From Geosiphon pyriformis uo1 (taxonomy: Eukaryota; Fungi; Glomeromycota), in NCBI GenBank assembly GCA_016748015.1, contig JAAOMT010000571.1:124001-188000 (forward strand): a DNA stretch of 64,000 bases, given 5' to 3'. The translations under genes and the position numbers were made by a program. Shown piece after piece: positions 24,113-36,800 of this stretch (position 1 is the stretch's first letter; the number at the start of each line of letters is the position of its first letter). The notes under the pieces were generated by a model. That model was not told where the DNA came from. It saw only the letters and a program-made list of their open reading frames with translations, and did no database searches.

Positions 24113-24529
24113 ATGATTATTCTCCGAAATATTCAACAAATATTCCAAAAATTAATGGTAGCCTTGAAAACACTCCCTGACTTATCTATAACGATTAATG
24201 GAAGTCAAATTAAATACATTCAGAAAGAAACCACTGCCCCAGTAGCAAATCATTTGCAGAACTATCACCTTTATAGAAGAGAAACAAGAAGTCACTCTGA
24301 GAATAGATTACCAAGACTTTTGAAGCAGGCACTAGAAGAAAATCTGCTAATTGCCCCTATTGACATTCCACCAAATGCTACAATGCAACAAAAACTACTA
24401 TTACTTCTTAATGAACAGAACAATGAACACACCCCTATCTATAAATACTTTCAAATTGGAAAAACACTTTATGAACGAAAACTGGAACTTAAAGCAACAA
24501 ATCTCACTCCTGAAGTTATACAAAAACAA
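24113..24529 (+). CDS. Element B ORF3, unknown protein in the env position (runs into gap)
   Basis: Open for 139 codons between integrase and the 3' LTR. Similar by eye to D ORF3 (NIQQIFQKL..SITINGSQIKY vs NIHSLAQQL..EITINQQTI*Y; YKYFQIG vs YCYFYLG). Confidence 0.65.
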
Positions 24530-24672
24530 NNNNNNNNNNNNNNNNNNNNNNNNNNNNNNNNNNNNNNNNNNNNNNNNNNNNNNNNNNNNNNNNNNNNNNN
24601 NNNNNNNNNNNNNNNNNNNNNNNNNNNNNNNNNNNNNNNNNNNNNNNNNNNNNNNNNNNNNNNNNNNNNNNN

Positions 24673-25327
24673 GAATTTGGGCAAAGAGAAAAAAGTGCAA
24701 GTTCATAAACTAGTACTACAACAAGTTGTATAAAAGAAGAGCTTTTCTCTTCTGGAAAATATATCTTATTTTAGATTTATTACTTAGAACCAATTCTACA
24801 CACACAAAAAGAAATAAATACCAAATAATTTGAAAAACCAAATTCTTTAATTATTGCCCTAGGAAAATCCCCAAAAACCAACTAACATTTCGAAATTGAT
24901 TAGCTACCAATTTCAGTAAACTGTTAGTGACTCCAGGCCTGGATAGAAAACGTTTCTCTTGACAAAATTCTATTTCTTTTACATTTCTTTTATTTTCTTT
25001 TATTTTTCTTACTATAATCACTAGAGTAGCCTACAGACAAGATTCTTGTAGAAGAGTTGACTTTTACAGCAAAGTAACTACACATTTTTAGTGAGCTTCC
25101 AGACGAGCAATTCCTGGGAAAGAGTTGACATTTACTACAACGTAACTACATAAAATAACTGGCAAGGAATTGGCTATTCCACTTATAAGCCCAGCAGTTC
25201 AAATTATAAAAGATAATTTGAAGATAAATTCAGTTATTGGAGATTCAACTACTTCCTGAAAACGTGAATTCACAGCAAATTAACATTACCAACATTTAAG
25301 AAAAGAGACCAAAAACCTCTGGTAATA
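24673..25327 (+). repeat. 3' LTR of element B (5' part in gap)
   Basis: Homologous to 861-1518. Ends GGTAATA and is followed by the TSD GCAG. Confidence 0.9.
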
Positions 25328-25331
25328 GCAG

Positions 25332-26127
25332 GAAAACATGTGTTATCGAGTGCAATTCAGTTAACTACACTCGGGTGCACTGCAACACAGTGTGTTTTAA
25401 GTCTGAGAGTGATCTAAATCAGGCTCTGGCCAACACTCTGGTGATAAAAGGTGTCAGTCTTCATTGGTTGCGCCTGTTTGCTGCTTTGTGTTCTTCTTGC
25501 AATTCTCTTGGTCATATATCTAGGAATTGTAAGTCAGCTGGTGTGTCTTCAAGTCCGAAAAGCAAGAGGGCTTCTCTTTTGGCTCAGAATTGGTTTAAAT
25601 TGGCAAAAATTTATGAAAAGAAGTTTGCTCCTGTTTCTCATCATTTGGCTTTTGGTGAGAAGACTTGGGCATCAGTGGTTGGCTCTATTCCTTCAGGCAC
25701 TTCTCTTGGATACAACTCTTAGCTTGGTTCCATTGAAAATGATAAACCTCTTCCTCCAGTAGTGAATGATTTGAAAAAACATTTAGTTAGCATTAAAAGC
25801 AGTCTTGTCAGCCTTGTGAGACAAATTGGTAAGTTGGCTAAGAGGTTGGAACCATTTGTGCTAGTAGTTTTTCAGTCTAGCTCTGGATGTTAGCTGCTGA
25901 TGACTCTTTCATCATAGAATCAAGAGAAGGATATAGTAATAGGAGTGGGTTTGGGTGATGCTACTAGTGACAAAACTGTTGCCGTTTCAGGTTCAACTGC
26001 CTCACCTAAGGTTGTGAAATTGGAGAACATGTTGGAAGGTCTTTCTGCTTCAGTCATGAGCCTATTAGCATGCTTAGATGGTTTGGCTTTAGCAAGTGGT
26101 GCTCCTTTTCTACCTCTTTTTCAATGA
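25332..26127 (+). pseudogene. LINE L-a ORF1, 3' part with CCHC knuckle
   Basis: KTCVIE..CSSCNSLGHISRNC..LAKIYEKKFAPVS..LENMLEGL..LPLFQ*. Confidence 0.88.
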
Positions 26128-29100
26128 GTAGTTTGGTATGGAAAATTGCCATGTGTAATGTTTGTGGGTTGAACAATCCTGCAAAGCAAAATGATGTCAT
26201 TTGTTGGCACAAAGATATGAACAATTTGGTTTCTATTTTTACGGAGTCAAAGCTTAAAGAGAAAGTTCGCCTATAGTTGACTGACAAATTTGATGGTGTT
26301 TGGGTTTTTATTTCTGGTTTGGATTCTGGTTTTATGAGTGCTGGTGTGTTGATTGTCGTAAATTTTTCTTTAGCAAAACACATCTACAAGGTCTCTAAGG
26401 TGCCTGGTCAGCTTCTATCCATTAAGTTGCTTTTCAAAAATAAACTTTTAGTATCTATTTTGGGGCTCTATGCTGGTGTTTTGTCAATGGTTTGGTTTTC
26501 TCAGGCTGGTGAAATCAACTCTCTTATTGTTAGAGCTGTTAATGAGTCTTCTTTTGTCATCTTTGGTGGTGATTTTAATAAAAATAGTTCTTGAAAGTGT
26601 GCAAGTTTCAAAAAGTGCCTTGAGTTGGAGTTGGTTAACTCTTTGATTGGAAGCCTGGCCATTAAGATGCCCACTTGGGCGAATTTTAGAGGTGTTATGA
26701 AAACTATTGATTATGTGTTTGTTTCTCCGAATCTGGTCAATTCTTTGGTACGTCATGGTGTTTTGAACATCAGTGAATATTTTGATACAGACCACCAGGC
26801 TGTGTCTGTATCTATGAGCCTGGGTGGTTTATTAAATACATGCTTGTTTTCTCTTCACAAACAGGTGAATAAAGATCATTGGAAATTTGATGTCAAAAAT
26901 GCCAGTGAGGCTAAATGGCTTGAGTTTAAGAATGCTATGGCTGCTAACACTACTATGTTATCAGGTGCATTTGGTGATGCTGTGAAGTTTTCTGATCTTG
27001 GTGCTATGTAAAACATTATTTGCAAGATCATAGTTATTTCAGCTGATGGTGCTTTCAAGAAAAGATGGTTCAAAGGTTTTAATATGGTTTGTAATAAAGT
27101 GTCGTCTAGGTTTTATAAGCTAAAGCTGTTGGTTTTCAAGCTGGTAAAAGCTTCTTATTTGAGTTCTAGTGTTAGTTTTGCTTTGCTTTTGGGTACATGG
27201 GACAACCTTGACTCTACTGGTGCTTCAACGGTAAGATTTATGTTCTTTTCTGATGCTAAATTTAATGACATTTGTTCTGCTCTGGCCAAAGTAAGAAGGT
27301 TATACTGCTCTTCTAAATTGCTGGAGTCCAAGTGCACTGAAGAATCTCACATTAGGCAAGTTATTACCAATAGGATGGAGAGTTTTGAGTTGGATAAGGG
27401 TCATACAATCAGAAGTGTATTGGAACATCTTTTTCACAAAGTGGTTTTGGACCATCTGGTTGTGGACAATGAGTTAGTTCTTGAACCTGATTTGGTTAAG
27501 TCCAAGGTGGATGCTATTATGGAAGAATAGACCAGAAAGCGTGTAATGGTTGATGATATTTTTGATACTTGGTCTTATCAATACAAATCTTTGGACTATG
27601 TTTTTGATGATACTTTTTCTGGGATGATGAGTGAGATTGATTTTGATGAGTTGCATCATGTGATTACCAGTCTTTCTGATAGGAAAGCTGCTGGTCTCTC
27701 GGGCATCTCTAATGAGCTTTGGAAACATTGTGATAAGTTGGTTTTGGGTTTGCTTTTGGTTCTTTTGAATTCTTGTTTGTCTTATAAGTCGGTGTCTAGT
27801 CCTTGGAAGGAGGCTTGGGTTTTGATGATTCCCAAACCTTATGAGTGGGAAGGTGTTCTCACGAATACTCATCCTATTGCCTTAATCAAAACAGCTTACA
27901 AGATTCTATCCAAGATTTTTTCAGATAGGATCTCACTGGCTTGCAGCTCATATGATGTTCTGTATGGTGACAATTTTTCGGTTTTAAAGAGTACAGCAAC
28001 TCAGTCTCCTATTTTTGCAGTTGGCTTGGTAATTAAAAATACTTTGGAAAAAAACCGGGAACTTTGGCTTGTTCTACAGGACATGCAGAAGACGTATGAT
28101 TTGGTTGGCTGAGAGCACCTTGAGAGGAGCTTGGTCAGGATCAAAATGTGTAGTAAATTTGTTTGCTTTTTTGGTAGTATTCATAGGGATTAAACCAACT
28201 GTGTCATGACAGATTTTGGTTTACTGGATGTTTGATGGGTTGGACCAAGGTGAAGTTTTTTCCCCTCTGCTGTGGTGCATATTTTATGATCCTCTTTTGT
28301 GTAAAGTCAAGAGAGTGTGTGTAGTTACAAGCTCAATTCTTATTTTGTTTCTAGGAGTGGTCGCACTGAGTCTCAGGCTGGGCTTTCTACTTTCTTTGCT
28401 GCTGGTGCCTTTGTTAATGATACTATTTGGGTTGGTAGCAGTCAGGCTGCTACTCAGCATATTCTCAATGTTGCTAGTGAATTTTTTCAAGTCAATGACA
28501 TTTCAATTAATAATGACAAAACTGTGGCCATTCCAATCAACAGCAGAGTTAGTGTTCCATCTCTTTTTATTAGTGGTTTGCCTATTTCTGTTGTCCGTAA
28601 AGGAGAACTTCATCAGTATCTTGGTATCTTTTTGTCAACTGAGGGTCTTTCAAGGCCTAGCTTGACTAAAGCACATTCAGATGTTTGTTTCTTTACTAAT
28701 TTAGTTTTAAGGAAGGTGGTTTCAGATAAGCAGTTCTTGTATCTGGTGTCAGCAGTTCTCCACTCTATAATCGGCTACAGAATGCAGTTTGACTATGTTC
28801 TTGTTAGTATATGTGATAAATGGGATGCTATGATTCGCAAGGGCTTGAAGCTAAAAGCTGGTCTCTTAATAGACTTTTCTAGTAATACTATTCACCATCC
28901 TTCTTTTTATGGTTTAAAATTTTTTTCACAATGTCAATCTGAGAGTAAAGTAGCTTTACTTATTAGTTTTGTGAACTCTGGCAGAATTTTGGGGCATCTG
29001 TTCAGTCACAGGTCGCATGACTTACAGGTTCTGTGTTGGCAGCCCATTCACTCTTTGATCTCTCCTGTTCGTATTCGTGTCAGTGTTTCTAATAATTTCT

Positions 29101-30785
29101 TGGCTGGTATGGTTCGCATTCTTTTTGATTGCAATTTGTCTTTGGATGGCTCTTTGGCCAGTGCTTTTCAGTTTTGCAATGGGGTTCCTATGTCTGTCGT
29201 TTTTGGCAAGTCTTTATTTTTCAAGTTTTTACCTTTTCTCTGGCATTTTGGCATTGCCTTTATGGATCAACTTTGTAATCATCATGGCATTGTTTTTAGC
29301 TGGTGCACCTTCAAGTGGTAGAAGAGGCTGGACCCTCATGGCCCAGTTCCTGAATGGTTCAATCTTTCTGTTGCATTTCTTACAGCTTTTCATTCATCTT
29401 TCACAGCCTCAGTTGGTGCTGGTTCTCTTAACTTTTATGAGTCTGATAATTTTGTGGCTGCTCATGGTCATCTTTTCCAGATTGACATTAATAGTTTGTC
29501 TGTATATATGGATGGTTTTTTGAAGTATTTGGGCACAGCTAATTGTAGAGCTGGAGCTGCTGTTTTTTTTGAGGACATTGATTTGGGTTTGGGTGTTGGT
29601 GTTCAGGGTTTAGTATTATCTACTTTAGTGGAATTACAGGCTATAGCATTGGCTTTGGAGTGCATGCCTGCAGCTCGTTCTGTTAATTTGTTTTCGGATA
29701 GTCAAGCAGCTTTAGATGCTTGTAGGTCTGAGTTAAGCCTGATGTGCTCTGACTTTCGCAATCAATGTTGGGTCAAGCATTGGCATATTCGGAATGTTAT
29801 CCACAGTAAAAATTTGAGAGTTAGTTGGCACAAAGTTAAGGGCCACTCTGGCATTTCGGGGAATAACTGTGCTAATAGTATTGCTGATGCTACATTTCTA
29901 TCTAGGTGGTATCTTCCTCCTCATGTGGATGGACACTTTTTGTTGATGGATGGTGGTGTTGTTTCTGGTAATTTTAGACACTTTGTTCGAGATGTTTGTT
30001 GTGCAGTTTGTTGTGCACACTGGGAGGTTGGTTCTGGTTCTGGATTTCTGGTTAGTAGTTTACGTTCAGATGTTGACTGGCTTAGTTCTTTTAGGGTTTG
30101 GCACCCTGATTTGTATATGGCTGCTGGTTTTACTAGCAGGCTCACAGCTAATACTCACACTTATCTTATGAAGGCTTTGTACCATCAGCTTTCTGTGGCT
30201 GTCCAGAAGCGCATTTACGATAAATGTTACCCTAGTGTCCTGTGTCTGTATTGTGATGAGGTGGAGATTTCTGATTATGTGTTTTTTTGTATGGCTGATA
30301 ATTCAGCTTGTTGTCAGGTTTTGGAATCCTGCATGTCTTCTTGGAGGTCACTTTCTGGGCTCTTTTTTTCCTCTTTGGTTGTGTTGCAGTTTATGTCGAC
30401 CTGTGCTTCGGATTTGCTGGTTTCCTCAGCTCTTTACAAGGGTTTTGTTTTCAATGGATGGCTTTAGGAGGCTGTTACTGTCTTCCATGATCCCAAAGTT
30501 GCTGGTGTTAAAATTACTGATTTTATGCACTCTCTATGCTTTGCTTTTAGGAATGATATTTGGTTGGTCTGTACTAAGCATTGTGCTTTTATGAAAAAGA
30601 ATGGCCTGATCCCAGTGGACAGATCAATTTCCATCCCAGTTTTTGGTTTGGTTTTGAGATTGTCGCCTGGTATGGTTAAATTGCTTGGTATTACTGAAGT
30701 CTTTGGCATTCTTTTTGGCTTTTGCAAGTCTTGTTTGTTTTTTTTGGGTATTGGTGACATGATTTTTGTTAATATAGTTGTATAG
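26124..30785 (+). pseudogene. LINE L-a ORF2: AP endonuclease, reverse transcriptase, RNase H and C-terminal Cys motif (degenerate)
   Basis: KIAMCNVCGLN, GGDFN, TIDYVF, TDHQAV (APE); QDMQKTYD, GLDQGEVFSPLLW, AFVNDT (RT); VYMDG..STLVELQAI..SDSQAAL..KVKGHSGISGN (RNase H); CLYCDEVEISDY. Confidence 0.92.
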
Positions 30786-30842
30786 TGTTGTCCTGACTGG
30801 CTTAAGTGGCTGGTCACATGTGGTTAAGCACATAATTTACAC

Positions 30843-31713
30843 TGTTACAAGTGATTATTTCTGCTGTTGAATTAAATAACAAACCCGTAACTTGGTGCTC
30901 AAAAGCTACTTCCATGGATGAGGTTCTGCAAGTGTTGTATCTGAAGGTTTTGGTTGATCTGAAAGTTTTGTTGTGGAGTTTTTTGTATAATGAACAGAGA
31001 TTCAGTGGTAATGGTAGTAGTTTTTCTGGAGTTGCAATTATGCCCAATTTCTTTTTCAGCTTGGTGGCCAGATTTATTCTGGCAGTTATGTCCTTCTGAT
31101 AAGCTATCTGTTAATATATATAATTCTACCCTTATTTCTGGGTCTTTTACCAGGCTATCCTTGACGTCAATAATTCAGTGCTTAATCTTTTTACTCAATT
31201 AGTATACAACAACAAAATCAAAGAAAGAAAAGAAAATAAAATAAAGAAATAAGCCAAGGCAATTCGGTATGTTAGTATCTCGTCAATAGCCATGATCAAG
31301 AGCTATTGTTCCAGCGTGATTAAGTATCAATTACTATCAACATGAAGTGTTGATAGTGGAGAGTGGATGGAGATATAGAATAATTATTTATTTGATAATT
31401 GGTTTTTTGATTAAGGATTCTGTGGTATCAATTCTGTCTTTTCTGTTTCTAATACTACTGCTAATATATACATAATTGGAATTCCTCAATTCCTCAATTC
31501 TTCATAACAGGAATCCTGGAATTCCTGGAATTCTGTGATTCTTTTGGGAAGAATTCTGGAATTCTGGAATCCTGCAATTCCTTGTCAGGGAATCCTGAAA
31601 TTCCTGGAATCCTGCAATTCCTGAGAGGAATCTTGGAATTCCACATTTATTACACTTACTTCTGATTGGCTAATAATTATGCTAATATATTTCCTATATT
31701 TCTATGAGTAACA
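30843..31713 (-). repeat. 3' LTR of element D (871 bp), containing GGAATTCCT/GGAATCCT tandem motifs at ~31477-31642
   Basis: TGTTAC..GTAACA ends; matches 40126-41005. Confidence 0.93.
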
Positions 31714-31728
31714 CTATTCCCTTCTTTT
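31714..31728 (-). promoter_or_regulatory. Polypurine tract of element D (AAAAGAAGGGAATAG)
   Basis: Purine run abutting the 3' LTR on the - strand. Confidence 0.85.
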
Positions 31729-32386
31729 AATATTGAGCTCCATCAAAATTTAACTCATGTAATTCCCTCTTTTGAAGTATTTCCTGGATTTTGTTTTCAA
31801 GAATTACTTGTGTTATTTGGGTCTGTAATTCTTCAAATTGAGCATTGGTGATTTTTCTCAATTGATTACTGGTAACCATATTCATTGCTCTGTTGAGCAA
31901 TATTTCTGGTTTATCTTAAAATGCTGTGTGTATTCGGTATATGGCTCAGGCTTGTGTGAATAAGTTGTTCTTTTTCACAAAATGTTCTAATTATTGCAGT
32001 ATTCTTTTATCAAATAATCACTTTGTTTTATCTGTATATAGATTCTGGATATTTACATGTTGTCCCAAGTAAAAATAACAATAGTTTCGTGAAAATTGTT
32101 GTATCCACCAATTCCAAGTTTCTTTAGTCAACTCTTGATATAGTGACTCTTTTGTCAATTCTTTTATTGCTAATTTTACTTTCGCCATGATTTTGTCCAC
32201 AGTATTTTCAGTTTTCTTCTGTGTTTTGAGTTGAAATGTCTTTCTAGTATCTTGATATCAAATGGTTTGTTGATTGATTGTAATCTCTATTTCCTGGTGT
32301 TGAATTAATTGAAAGAGTTGTTGTGCTAATGAGTGAATGTTGTCTGTAATTTCCATTTTTCTGATATTTCCTGTCACATCTACCAT
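31727..32386 (-). pseudogene. Element D ORF3 (~219 codons, env position, unknown function)
   Basis: One frame from ATG 32386 to TAA at the PPT, broken only by TGA/TAA stops attributable to C>T. Similar to B ORF3. Confidence 0.65.
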
Positions 32387-32410
32387 GTCTTTATATATTC
32401 TTTTGATGGA

Positions 32411-33793
32411 TCAATTTAACGTGTTGTTGTCGATAATAATGATTGGTTCCAGATCTCATGGAATCTTATCTGGTTGGACTAGTATTCTCTGTACTCCTAA
32501 TTATGGAATATTACTGGTAGATGGTAGTGTGATGTTATAATATGGTTTCAGTTGATCTCCATGTGCTGCTTTGGTTAAAATTTTGTTATCCAATTTTAAT
32601 TTGTAAGCTTCATTTTCTAGAATTTTTTCTATGTGAAATGGTCTATTCCATTTGGAGTCAAATTTTTTACTCCATTGTTTTTCTGCTTTGATACAATGTA
32701 GTAATATTTTGTCTCCGATCTTGAATTCAACTAGTTTGTCTGGTAGTTGACTATCGTGTCTTTCTTTCTGTGTTTTTTGTGACTTTTGGATATTATCAGC
32801 TGCTCTTCTTTGTTTGTTTTCCAATGTTTCTATTAAGTCATATGTTCTTTTCAGCAATGTTTCTTGAAAATTTTCCTCTGTTATTGGTTTAGCTGGATAT
32901 GTATTAATTTCTCTCTTTACTGGTAACGTTGCTATTTTCCCATATACTAATTCAAATGGTGTTGCTTGTGTAGTATCCTGTTTTGTTGTCCGATAAACAA
33001 ATAGTACTGATGGTATGAACAAATCCCAATTGTTCTGGTTTTCTTGGCTGAGCTTGGCTATTGCTTTACACAATGTTCTGTTGAATCTTTCTACTAATCT
33101 GTTGGTTTGTGGATGGTATGGTGATGATAATGGTTTCTTGATTCCGAATTTTTGGCTTAATTCTGTTAATGTTCTGTTTACAAAATAAGTTCCTTGGTCT
33201 GATAATAATTCTTTTGGACATCTATGTTGACAAATCAAATCCTGATAAACAAATTTGGCAATGAATTCTGCATTCACTCTTTGAATTGCTTTTGCCTCTG
33301 GCTATTTAGTGAGATAGTCTATAGCTACTACTATGTATCTGTTTCCTCTGCTGGTGATTGTTAATGGTCCGACTAAATCAATTCTCATACGGTCAAATGG
33401 TTGTCTCACTTTGATTGGTCTTAATGGTTTACTGGGTCTTGTTCCTTCTCTTTGCTGACAAGCATCACAATTTTGAACATATTGAATGATGTCTGGGTAC
33501 ATTGATGGCCAATAGTATCTTTTTCTAGTTCTTTCTATGGTTGCTTCTTTGTGAAAATGTTCTGCTGTTGGATTTGAGTGCATGTTGAATAATATTGTCT
33601 TTTTTTCTGGCTCCGTAATTACTCTGGTTGGTTGATCTGGATCCCTTCTATTTTTCTGATAAAGTATATTTTGGTGAGTGATAAAATATTTTGATTGTTG
33701 TTTGATACTCCTTCATTCCGTATAAGATAAATTCTCCTTGAACTGTTAAGTGTTTAGATAATGTTGCAATTGTTGATATTTTTGTATGTTCAT
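32411..33793 (-). pseudogene. Element D integrase, separate ATG-started ORF, degenerate
   Basis: MNIQKYQQLQHYL..HSNPTAEHF..CDACQQ..IDLVGP..SDQGTYF..YHPQTNRLVERFN..RPFHIEK..LEPIIII. Confidence 0.9.
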
Positions 33794-33856
33794 CTTTTAT
33801 TGTATTTTTTCATTGGTATTGTTCTGGTTTTATTATATTTTTGGGTTGAAATGTTC

Positions 33857-36800
33857 TTAGATTTGTCTTATTCATGATAAACCATCAGCATTTCCATTGT
33901 TTTTTCCCTTTTTGTAATGTATAGTATAATTGTATGGTGCGAATGCCATTTTCCATCTTGACTGTCTTCCATCTCCAAATTCTTGTTTTTGGAGTGATGT
34001 TAATCCCTCGTGATCTGTGTATACTTCAAACTTCTGGCTTAAGTATTCTTTTCATTTCATGATGGCCCAGTATATTACTAAGTGTTTTTGTTCTGGTATT
34101 CCATAGTTTTTTTCGGCTGGTGTTAAACCTTTACTGGCATATGCTACTGGATGTTCTCTGCCGTCTGGTCCTCTCTGAGATAATACTGCTCCCAATGCTT
34201 GGCTGGATGCATCAGTGGTGATGATAAATGGTTTGCTGTAATCTGAATAGATCAGTACTGGAGCTTAAATGAGCTTTTTCTTCAGAATATCAAAAGCTTT
34301 TTGTTGACTTTCTGTCCATTCATATTTCGTATTTTTGTTTTGTAGTTGATTGAGTGGCTGCGCTATTTTGGAAAAGTTCTTGATAAAATGATGATAGTAG
34401 CTGGCAAATCTCAAGAATGATTTCAGTTCTGTTATATTGGTTGGCACTGGAAAGTTCTTTACTATCTCTATTTTCTCTGGATCCATTTTGATGCTGTCTT
34501 TGCTAACTATGTGTCCCAAAAATTTGAGTTCTGTCTTGTCAAAGAAGCACTTTGTCGCATTTAACTTTAGTCCTGTTCTTCTTAGTCTTTTGAACACTTG
34601 TTGAAGATGATAAAGATGATCATCAAATGTCTTTGAGAATACATTGGTGTCGTCCAAGTATACAACTACTGATTTTCACAATAAGCCAGTATAAACAATT
34701 TCCATTAGCCATTGGAAAGTTGCTGGGACATTGGTTAAGCTGAATGGTATTACTTCAAATTCGAAATTCTCTTCTCTAGTAGTAAATGCTGTCTTCTTTT
34801 TGTCAGCTGGATTCATGGCTACTTGCCAGTAATTACTGTCCAAATCTAATGTGGAGAACTATTTGTTCCCACTGAAAGCATCGAATAATTTCTGTATTTG
34901 TGGAGTTGGATAACTGTCTCCACAAATTACACTATTGAGTTTCCTGTAGTCTACACAAAACCGGATTTTTCCATTTTTCTTACGGACGAGTACCACTGGT
35001 GACAACCATGAACTCATTGATGGTTGAATTAGCCTGTTGTCAAGCATTCTGTTTATCTCTTGACAAATAATCTCGTGGCTGGCTGGTGGCACTCTGTATG
35101 CTCTTTGTTTGATTGGCATTGTATCTCCAGTCTTGATCTGATGCTAGATGATGTCAGTTTGGCCAAACTCATTTTCGCTGGCAAAAATGTCATTGAAATT
35201 TTTGAGTAACATCTTGAGCTGCATACATTGGAGTGGATTTAAGTTTCCCATGTTCATTTGTTCCAATTGTTCTGGTTGGAGCAAATAACATTCGTCTCGT
35301 TCATAGATTGTTTGTGATGTGATGTCAACATATTCACAAAGTTGTGGAAAGTTTGGAATGGGGTTTGGTGGTTGGTCTTCTATTTCTGTAGTTAAATATC
35401 CAATGGTGGTTCTTTCTGGTATGTTGATGATATTGCCAGTGTTGTTGTAGATGGGAATTTTTATGCTGCTATAGTTTTTGGCTGGTATGTGGAGATTAAT
35501 CAACCCAATTTCTCCTGATTCACAAAGAGTTGCTTCCGCTTCAAAAATCTGTTCTTGCTTCTTTTCCTTCTTTTCTATTGCTAACATGTACTGGCTATAT
35601 GGTGGAATGGAAATAGCTTGACTGGTTGAGATAATTTCTTCTTGGCCAACAATTTTTTCCTTCACTATATTAACTGGTATATCTGTTCTACCTGTTGATC
35701 CAAATCCTTGTATTTCTCTCACTGTTATTCCTAATTTCTCTCTCTTTCCTATTGACACTAACTGAGCTACTCTAATCAGAGGCAAAAATATTGTCTGTGC
35801 TATTTTTTTGTTGGGCTTTATTATATAGGCCTTTTCTGAGTCATTTTGTAGCATAGCGATGATATTTCCTACATATCCTGCGTCAATTATTCCTCCTTTT
35901 ATATTGATCCCTCTTTTCGCTAAACTACTCCTAGATGCTAATTGAACTATTGTTGTTGCTGGAATCTTTAGTGCTATTTTCAGATCAATGCAAGTGCGTG
36001 AATGCAGTTCCAATTTGATGGCATCTTTTCCTGAATATCTCAGATCAAACTCTGCATCTGTATCATGTGCACGTTCTGGCATAATACCTTCCCCATTGTC
36101 ACTATACCATTTCAACTCTTGTTCCTTGGAGAGATCTGGTAGTGCAATGTATTGTTCATAGTTTAAATTGGGTTTTGAATCTGAGTCTGAATTGTTTTCA
36201 TTGTCATTGCCATTTTGAATGGAGCTGGAACCGGTGTTTTCGTCGTCATTGTCAGAATCTGGATTGCAATTGATCAGTAATTCTGATTCTGATGCACAGC
36301 TGCTGATTGGTTCTTCTTCTTCAGGGATCAAGTAAATCATGCGTGGTGGTGGATTGTAAATGAGGTTACAATCGTCACAATATTCAAAGTCACTGGGAAT
36401 TAAACAATGGTGACACAGTTTTGTATTTAACTGTGCTAACTGTTGTTTTTGCTCTTCTCTAGTGGGTGCCAAGTTTTGGTAGTGTTCATAGAACTCTTCT
36501 GGTTCTAGAAAATTTATAACTGGCTCTGCATTCCAGTCAAGCTTGATGGGTTCTGGTGGATTGTTTTTAATTGTCTGGATTTCTTCTGGCAATGTGTCTT
36601 CAATTTTGGCAGTTGTCATTTTCCAAATTTCATCATCATCATGTGGACAACTGTCTAATCGTCACACTGCTCTTTGCCAAGCAGCTTCGATTGGTGTCCC
36701 CTTTTTAACCCAGTCACTAATCAGAATTGTGTATTGACATTCTACGTCACACATTTCTCCATGTCCAGGAATGTCATGCCATATTCCTTCATCCAAGAGA

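Larger units (their letters stand above)
503..25327 (+). mobile_element. Composite Ty3/gypsy LTR-retrotransposon block: element B containing nested elements A and C, inserted in LINE ORF1
   Basis: Starts TGCTACC (503) and ends GGTAATA (25327, decayed GGTAACA). Flanked by the 4-bp duplication GCAG (499-502 / 25328-25331). Removing the block restores the LINE reading frame. Confidence 0.9.

Noticed and set aside
28216-28665. Hydrophobic membrane-protein-like ORF (also 29077-29523, 11887-12285, 17188-17721 and similar)
   Set aside because: Alternative-frame or antisense shadows of compositionally skewed TE coding sequence.
31540-31640. Heat-shock elements in the D LTR
   Set aside because: TTCnnGAA pairs occur, but GAA and TTC abut (GAATTC) instead of forming three correctly phased pentamers.
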